IMG/VR virus record: IMGVR_UViG_3300031758_000011
Span: 106,524 to 126,523 of that record
Reading direction: 5' to 3' (one strand)
Origin: an uncultured virus (IMG/VR IMGVR_UViG_3300031758_000011)
Lineage: Duplodnaviria > Heunggongvirae > Uroviricota > Caudoviricetes
DNA length: 20,000 bases
In this document: one piece after another, positions 14,675-20,000 of the stretch
How positions within the stretch are numbered: the first letter of the stretch is position 1
Layout of the letters: each line of letters begins with the position of its first letter
Notes under the pieces: model-generated
What the model was told of the DNA's origin: nothing
Seen by the model: the letters and a program-made list of their open reading frames with translations, nothing else
Database searches by the model: none
Position numbers and translations under genes: made by a program

Positions 14675-15982
14675 ATGATAGTAAAAGAGAACGGTTTAAG
14701 ATACGCAAAACTGATACATGTATCAGTTGATAATGGTTTGACCAGCCAAAGTAATAAAGTTTATATTATGGAAGAATTATCAGATGGCCGTATCAAATGT
14801 GAATATGGTCGTGTTGGCAAGTCTTTAACAACTGAATATAAACCTAGTTCAAAATGGGATAGTGTGTTGAAACAAAAACTATCAAAAACAAAAGGTTATA
14901 CAGATGTAACTGATTTGTTGGCTGAACCAGTTGTGGATGAATCAAAACCAGTTGATAATAAAGTTGCAAATATCAAAGATGAGATTGTGCGTAAATTGGT
15001 TGATGAATTGATGTCATTTGCCAACAAATCAATCCAACGTAACTATAAGGTAACGCAAGAAGCTGTATCGGAACAACAAGTTACCGCTGCACAAGAGATT
15101 ATCACTAACATTAGTGGATTGATTGCTATTGGTGTAGATATCAAACATATCAATGATATGTTATTGAAACTTTATACAATTATCCCTAGAAGAATGGATA
15201 ACGTAAAAGACCATTTGTTTAGAGAGATTAGTAATGATGTTAGTTTGACTAACGCACAAAGATTGATTGATAACGAACAATCAGCGTTGGATACAATGGC
15301 TGGTCAAGTTGAGTTGATTAAACAACAAAGAGAAGCTGCTAAGAAAGCTGCTGAGGCTGAAGCTGAAGGTAAAAAAGAAGAAGTATCTGAAGTTACTATC
15401 TTAGACCAAATGGGATTATCTATTGAGGTTGAAAATGATACTGAAACGCTTGAACTTATCAAAAAATTGATGGGTCCAAATGTGAATCAAATGAAACGTG
15501 TGTTCAAGGTTGTTAACAACAAAACACAAAAAATATTTGATAAACACATGGATAAAGTTGAAGTTAAGAAACGTAGACTATACTGGCATGGGTCAAGAAA
15601 TGAGAACTGGTTTAACATTTTACAAACTGGGTTACTTATCAGACCATCTGGTGCGGTACATACTGGGTCAATGTTTGGTGATGGTATCTACTTTGCTGAC
15701 AAAGCACAAAAATCTATTGGTTACACATCGTTAAGAGGTTCTTATTGGGCTCATGGTGGTGATAACAAAGCGTTTTTGGCATTGTTTGATGTGCATTTGG
15801 GTAAACAAAAAGAAATATTGCACCATGACTCAAGCTGTTATAAGTTATCTAAGAAAGTGTTAGATAATGAAGGATTTGATAGTGTGTTTGCAAAAGGTGG
15901 CGCTGACCTAAGAAATAACGAATATATAGTATATAACTCAGCACAATGTACTGTATCACATTTAATTGAAATAGGAAATTAA
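14675..15982 (+). CDS. PARP-family ADP-ribosyltransferase (WGR, helical regulatory and catalytic domains)
   Basis: EYGRVG (WGR); LYTIIPR (regulatory); YWHGSR, GSMFGDGIYFAD, KSIGY, NNEYIVY (H-Y-E triad). Confidence 0.92.
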   Translation: MIVKENGLRYAKLIHVSVDNGLTSQSNKVYIMEELSDGRIKCEYGRVGKSLTTEYKPSSKWDSVLKQKLSKTKGYTDVTDLLAEPVVDESKPVDNKVANIKDEIVRKLVDELMSFANKSIQRNYKVTQEAVSEQQVTAAQEIITNISGLIAIGVDIKHINDMLLKLYTIIPRRMDNVKDHLFREISNDVSLTNAQRLIDNEQSALDTMAGQVELIKQQREAAKKAAEAEAEGKKEEVSEVTILDQMGLSIEVENDTETLELIKKLMGPNVNQMKRVFKVVNNKTQKIFDKHMDKVEVKKRRLYWHGSRNENWFNILQTGLLIRPSGAVHTGSMFGDGIYFADKAQKSIGYTSLRGSYWAHGGDNKAFLALFDVHLGKQKEILHHDSSCYKLSKKVLDNEGFDSVFAKGGADLRNNEYIVYNSAQCTVSHLIEIGN

Positions 15983-16695
15983 TGGAAAAGATATTAAAAA
16001 CTGGATATGAATGGTGTTTAGATGCAAATGTTAGAATATTAGACATTTCATCATGGGACACATCTATGGCATTTTACGAAGAATCGTATTATGAAGAAAA
16101 AATTGATGTGCAAGAGTTTTACAGACGTTTAGGGTTATGTAAAGTTAAAGCTGATTCAACACCACGTAAGAGTGAAATGTACTTAGAACGTAGAATGTAT
16201 GGGTTGGTTCCGTATAACATGTCCCCGATTCAACAAGGAATCCAATTTGGTCACGCTGTCGTTGATTATGGTAGAACTGTTGAAGGGTTAAAACCACATC
16301 AACAAATATATAACAAATGGGCTGATAAAGATAAAACATTTATTATTCTTAACGGTGGTACAACAAACAACAACCCAGAAAGATTGGGAACTTTGAATAG
16401 ACACATGCAAACTATGCGTGAAGCTGGTGTGTTGTTGCAAGAGTTTCATGAACCAGATTTGGGTGACCAATTAACAGCGTTTGTTTTCTTAGTTGATGAA
16501 AGGGTGTTTAACAGAACGTTATATCCAGACTTTGTACCAGAAACGTTACCATGGAGTAGACACAAGCCATCAGAGAAAGCTTTATCTCAATTGGAAGAGA
16601 AAAATGCTAAGAATTATAAACAATGGGAAGAAAAAATTGGTGGACCAGTTAATGCGTTCCTAAGAGAATATTTAAGACCATTGAAATTAGCTTAA
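15982..16695 (+). CDS. Pth2-like peptidyl-tRNA hydrolase fold protein with an N-terminal extension
   Basis: MYGLV...QGIQFGHA...W...KTFIIL...FHEPDLGDQLTA resembles PTH2-superfamily motifs. Confidence 0.6.
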   Translation: MEKILKTGYEWCLDANVRILDISSWDTSMAFYEESYYEEKIDVQEFYRRLGLCKVKADSTPRKSEMYLERRMYGLVPYNMSPIQQGIQFGHAVVDYGRTVEGLKPHQQIYNKWADKDKTFIILNGGTTNNNPERLGTLNRHMQTMREAGVLLQEFHEPDLGDQLTAFVFLVDERVFNRTLYPDFVPETLPWSRHKPSEKALSQLEEKNAKNYKQWEEKIGGPVNAFLREYLRPLKLA

Positions 16696-16707
16696 TTTTT
16701 AAAGTAT

Positions 16708-17187
16708 ATGATAAAAGTAGTAGAAAAAAAGAAAAAGAAGAAAAAACAAAATCCATGTTATTTATTGGAGTTTAGTTACATGATTGGTGATGGTAGAGGT
16801 CACACTGAAGAAGAAATGACGGCATCAATAGAAGATGCAGATATTGTTGAGCGTTTTGTAACATTAATAAACAAACTTACACCAACAAAAGGTCACTGGG
16901 GTGTTATGTTAGAAGATGATAGAATTTATAAACATTTTGAAGAAGGACAAATCACTGAAGATGATTATAAATTTTTAACTACGGTTATGTTTGATGACTA
17001 TTATGATGAAGACGATGAAGAAGAAAATGATAACACTGAAGAAGAAAACGAGTATAAAAAATATAGTGGTTATTTTTCTGAATGTGTAATGTCTGTTACT
17101 GAATATTCGTTCTTGGTTTTTGAAGGTGTTGATTTATACTATTATGATGAGTATGGTATAAAACATGAAACAGAGATTATTAACTAA
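16708..17187 (+). CDS. acidic hypothetical protein
   Basis: 159-aa ORF, poly-K start, D/E-rich. Confidence 0.6.
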   Translation: MIKVVEKKKKKKKQNPCYLLEFSYMIGDGRGHTEEEMTASIEDADIVERFVTLINKLTPTKGHWGVMLEDDRIYKHFEEGQITEDDYKFLTTVMFDDYYDEDDEEENDNTEEENEYKKYSGYFSECVMSVTEYSFLVFEGVDLYYYDEYGIKHETEIIN

Positions 17188-17227
17188 AAACTATTGATTT
17201 TTCTCAAAATCTTCTTTATAATTAAAC

Positions 17228-17800
17228 ATGGAAGATTTTGAGAAAGAACAAGAAATTACTAGGTATTTAGATAAATATTATCACGTAAAAGAAGGTGTCT
17301 TTATAATCAAATATGATGACACTCAAGAATGGGGTTTTAATTTATTACAATATCTAGTTAAAATATTTAACCATGAAGTAGACTTTACTCAAGAAGTAAT
17401 CAAAAAATGGTATTTTTCAAAAGGTTATGATGAAAACGCATATAAGCTATCACTTGGAACTAAAAGGATAAATGCTGTATGGTCAGAAGAAAGAATAACT
17501 GATTTACAACGATATGGTATCATGGATGCCGAAGCTGAACTTATCAAATTATTAAGTGATGAGATAGCTAAAGAGATTGATGCACAAATACTTAAAGATT
17601 TAAGAGGTCAAATTAAAAAGAAAGATGAATTTTTTGAGTTATTGGAATGTGTTGGTTTGGAACCAACACAAACAATCTATAATCCAATGAATTTTTCACC
17701 ACAAAAAGGATTTATAACCACAAGTTATGAACGAAGAGAAAATGCAAGGAAGAATAACATTATCTGGAACTATTGGGTTCGAGCCAGAGGACCGAACTAA
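17228..17800 (+). CDS. protein containing a T4 gp23-like major capsid segment
   Basis: KRINAVWSEERITDLQRYGIMDAEAELIKLLSDEIAKEIDAQILKDL resembles gp23 LKA.YS.ELAQDL...G.DA.AEL..IL..EI..EI.RE. Confidence 0.65.
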   Translation: MEDFEKEQEITRYLDKYYHVKEGVFIIKYDDTQEWGFNLLQYLVKIFNHEVDFTQEVIKKWYFSKGYDENAYKLSLGTKRINAVWSEERITDLQRYGIMDAEAELIKLLSDEIAKEIDAQILKDLRGQIKKKDEFFELLECVGLEPTQTIYNPMNFSPQKGFITTSYERRENARKNNIIWNYWVRARGPN

Positions 17801-18269
17801 GAAACATTCTAACCAATCTTCTTGGAAGAAGATTGCTATGGTATTTTTTGATGGTGACGTTGCTGAATATTATGCATGGTTCATCAAGAAAAGATACAAT
17901 CTTATATTAAACAAACCGCTACGTGGTGCTCACATTTCATTTATCAACGATAGTATGAAAGATTTATCACAAAACGGTGTGTTGTCAGCAGAAGAAGTTG
18001 AAGCTAAATGGGAAGAAGTTAAGAAAAAATGGGATGGTAAAAAAATTGATATAGTCTTAGACTTAGACCCTAGAACCAACTCAGAACATTGGTGGTTAAA
18101 CATTCCACATGAAGAAAGAGAACAACTCCAATCAATTAGAGATGAATTAGGTTTGGGTAGACCATATTTCGGAATGCACATGTCAATTGGGTATGCAAAT
18201 GAGAAAAACATTCACCATTCATCATATATTCACGATTTAATTAAAAAAGGTTTCATAAAATTTGCATAA
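17742..18269 (+). CDS. 2H phosphoesterase-like protein
   Basis: Two HxS motifs, GAHISFI and GMHMSIG; likely start ATG 17742. Confidence 0.65.
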   Translation: MQGRITLSGTIGFEPEDRTKKHSNQSSWKKIAMVFFDGDVAEYYAWFIKKRYNLILNKPLRGAHISFINDSMKDLSQNGVLSAEEVEAKWEEVKKKWDGKKIDIVLDLDPRTNSEHWWLNIPHEEREQLQSIRDELGLGRPYFGMHMSIGYANEKNIHHSSYIHDLIKKGFIKFA

Positions 18270-18292
18270 GTCAAAAATGATTTATACATTTG
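18261..18292 (+). promoter_or_regulatory. Bacteroidota-type promoter
   Basis: TTTG-N20-TACATTTG. Confidence 0.75.
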
Positions 18293-18316
18293 TATTATAA
18301 ATTTAAAAATTAAATA

Positions 18317-19213
18317 ATGAGTAGTTCAAATTCAACAAAAGCGGTGATGGTTGCTTTAACTGGTAACGGTTTAATTACTATCTTAAAATTTATTGCAGCG
18401 TTTTTCACTAAAAGTGCGTCAATGATGGCTGAAGCTATCCACTCTAGTGCAGATTGTTTAAACCAAATATTTTTATTGATTGGTAATAAAAGAACCAAAA
18501 AAGAAAACGATGAGTTACACCCGTTTGGTTATGGTCGTGAAGAGTATTTTTGGGGGTTTATGGTTGCAATATTATTGTTTTTTGGTGGTGCTGCATATTC
18601 ATTTTATGAAGGGATTCATAAAATTGGTAATCCAGAACCAGTACAACATGTTACATGGGCGTTAGCTGTATTAGGTATATCATTAATAATTGAAGCTAAA
18701 TCTTTTTATGTTGCATTAAAAGAATTGCGTAAAACATCCAAAGCGTCATTTTTTAAAGCAATAAAGAAATCAGTTGATATTAACTTAATAGTGATACTAT
18801 TGGAAGATGCAGCGGCATTGATTGGTTTAGCAATAGCGTTTATTTGTACGTGTTTAGCTATTTGGTTACCAATATTTGATGGTATAGGTAGTATAATGGT
18901 AGGTATGACGTTGTGTTATGTTTCATACTCGTTAGTGAATGAATTACGTAAGTTGATTATTGGTGAAAGTATGCCTAGAAAAGATAGAGTGCGTATCAAA
19001 GAAATAATTAGCGATTTTGAGTTGGTAACACATGTAAATAGAATAAAAACAATGACGATGGGTAAAAATAACTATTTGTTATTGATATCAATAAATGGTG
19101 ATGACTTTATGAAAGTATATAACGTTGAAGACACTGTTGAAGAAATGAAACGTGATATAATGAAAGAGTTTAAACAAATTAGTGAAATATATATCGAAAT
19201 AAGTGAAAATTAA
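18317..19213 (+). CDS. cation diffusion facilitator (CDF) transporter
   Basis: AEAIHSSAD, HPFGYGREEY, LLEDAAA; about 6 TM helices plus a cytoplasmic C-terminal domain. Confidence 0.9.
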   Translation: MSSSNSTKAVMVALTGNGLITILKFIAAFFTKSASMMAEAIHSSADCLNQIFLLIGNKRTKKENDELHPFGYGREEYFWGFMVAILLFFGGAAYSFYEGIHKIGNPEPVQHVTWALAVLGISLIIEAKSFYVALKELRKTSKASFFKAIKKSVDINLIVILLEDAAALIGLAIAFICTCLAIWLPIFDGIGSIMVGMTLCYVSYSLVNELRKLIIGESMPRKDRVRIKEIISDFELVTHVNRIKTMTMGKNNYLLLISINGDDFMKVYNVEDTVEEMKRDIMKEFKQISEIYIEISEN

Positions 19214-19214
19214 T

Positions 19215-19844
19215 ATGGAAGATAAAGTAAAAGAAATTATTGATTTTGATGATTACAAATCAACAATGTTTGATAAAATAAGATGGTGGTTACAAGACCT
19301 TAGATATTACCCACGTAACTTTGTGATTAGCGTTAAAAATTTGATATCGTGGTTTCCAATTATATGGAAAGACAGAGATTGGGACGACCATTATATCTTT
19401 GAGGTTTTAAAATTTAAAATCAAAAGACAAGCAAAATATATTGCTGAAAGAGATTTCCATACTAGTGCAAAACGTGATGCTGAAATTATGAATCTTGTCG
19501 CTAGACTAATTGAATTAGAACAAGATGAAACTTACAACATGGAATATATGGATTACCATAAGAGTAAACATTATTTTGTTGAAAGCGATAAAGAATTTGC
19601 TGGTGAAAAAACATACGAATGGAAAAGCGATGAATTATCAGAGAATTTCGATGAGTTCTTTAAGAAATACCCAAGACAATATAAAAAAGCTGTCAGTGGT
19701 GAATTATCTAGATTTACTAGATACGATGATGAAGCTAAAAATAAACAAATCTATGCAATGGAGATTGCACATGAGAATCAAGAAAGATGTCATAGATTAT
19801 TGTTTAAGATTTTAGCTGACAATATTAGAAAATGGTGGGACTAG
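19215..19844 (+). CDS. conserved phage hypothetical protein
   Basis: WFPIIWKDRDWD...WWD; likely start ATG 19215. Confidence 0.65.
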   Translation: MEDKVKEIIDFDDYKSTMFDKIRWWLQDLRYYPRNFVISVKNLISWFPIIWKDRDWDDHYIFEVLKFKIKRQAKYIAERDFHTSAKRDAEIMNLVARLIELEQDETYNMEYMDYHKSKHYFVESDKEFAGEKTYEWKSDELSENFDEFFKKYPRQYKKAVSGELSRFTRYDDEAKNKQIYAMEIAHENQERCHRLLFKILADNIRKWWD

Positions 19845-19845
19845 T

Positions 19846-20000
19846 ATGATGTTACAATTAAATCCAACAATACCGATTATAAGGGTATCAGATAACATGA
19901 AAGGTTATGCTTTTTTGGTTATAGATTATTCACAAGAACATGATTTGATGTTTACATGTGCTATGGATAACGGTGAGATTTGGACATTGAAGAATAGTGA
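19846..20000 (+). CDS. hypothetical protein, truncated by the window edge
   Basis: MMLQLNPTIP...IDYSQEHDL...GEIW, open to the end of the window. Confidence 0.6.
   Translation, partial: MMLQLNPTIPIIRVSDNMKGYAFLVIDYSQEHDLMFTCAMDNGEIWTLKNS

Noticed and set aside
17194..17222. E. coli-type sigma70 promoter TTGATT-N17-TATAAT implying a non-Bacteroidota host
   Set aside because: A single instance that also fits the TTG-N20-TA spacing of the Bacteroidota-type class.
656..19815. Short antisense or alternate-frame ORFs from the track (e.g. 656-844, 976-1161, 1139-1321, 4718-5131, 5711-5899, 14071-14466, 15498-15734, 17930-18211, 19525-19815)
   Set aside because: They are shadows of well-supported + strand genes or of the leader, with no motifs or initiation signals.
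1..20000. Stop-codon recoding (code 15 or 4), as seen in some Bacteroidota phages
   Set aside because: Long genes are intact in code 11, TAG and TGA end genes at sensible boundaries, and no suppressor anticodon is present.

Overview
This AT-rich window is gene-dense and almost entirely + strand. It most likely comes from a large (jumbo) tailed phage of a Bacteroidota host: it has repeated TTTG-N20-TAnnTTTG promoters, a T4 gp30-like DNA ligase, Rnl1- and Rnl2-like RNA ligases, HNH and GIY-YIG homing endonucleases and a gp23-like segment. The standard genetic code fits. The left part holds an array of 11 tRNA/tRNA-like genes (His, Trp, Ser-TGA, Ile-GAT, atypical Ile-TAT, Asn, Asn with a 30-nt anticodon-loop insert, atypical CAT, Arg-ACG, Arg-TCT, 8/4 Ser-GCT) plus an orphan 5' half of tRNA-His. 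The top finding is a 31-codon leader ORF upstream of the array (1253-1348, below the ORF-track cutoff). Nineteen of its first 21 codons are read by tRNAs of the array, and all 10 distinct anticodons are represented. It is followed by mutually exclusive antiterminator/terminator pairings, so it looks like a ribosome-stalling attenuator that turns on phage tRNAs when those same tRNAs are depleted. Downstream are RNA-repair and translation-rescue genes (kinase-2H fusion, Rnl1, a second 2H protein, a mini GGQ release-factor domain, a Pth2-like protein), an Rnl2 gene split by a GIY-YIG cassette with split-intein-like remnants at the break, a PARP, a Nudix hydrolase and a CDF transporter. All protein calls come from motif recognition by eye; no searches were run.
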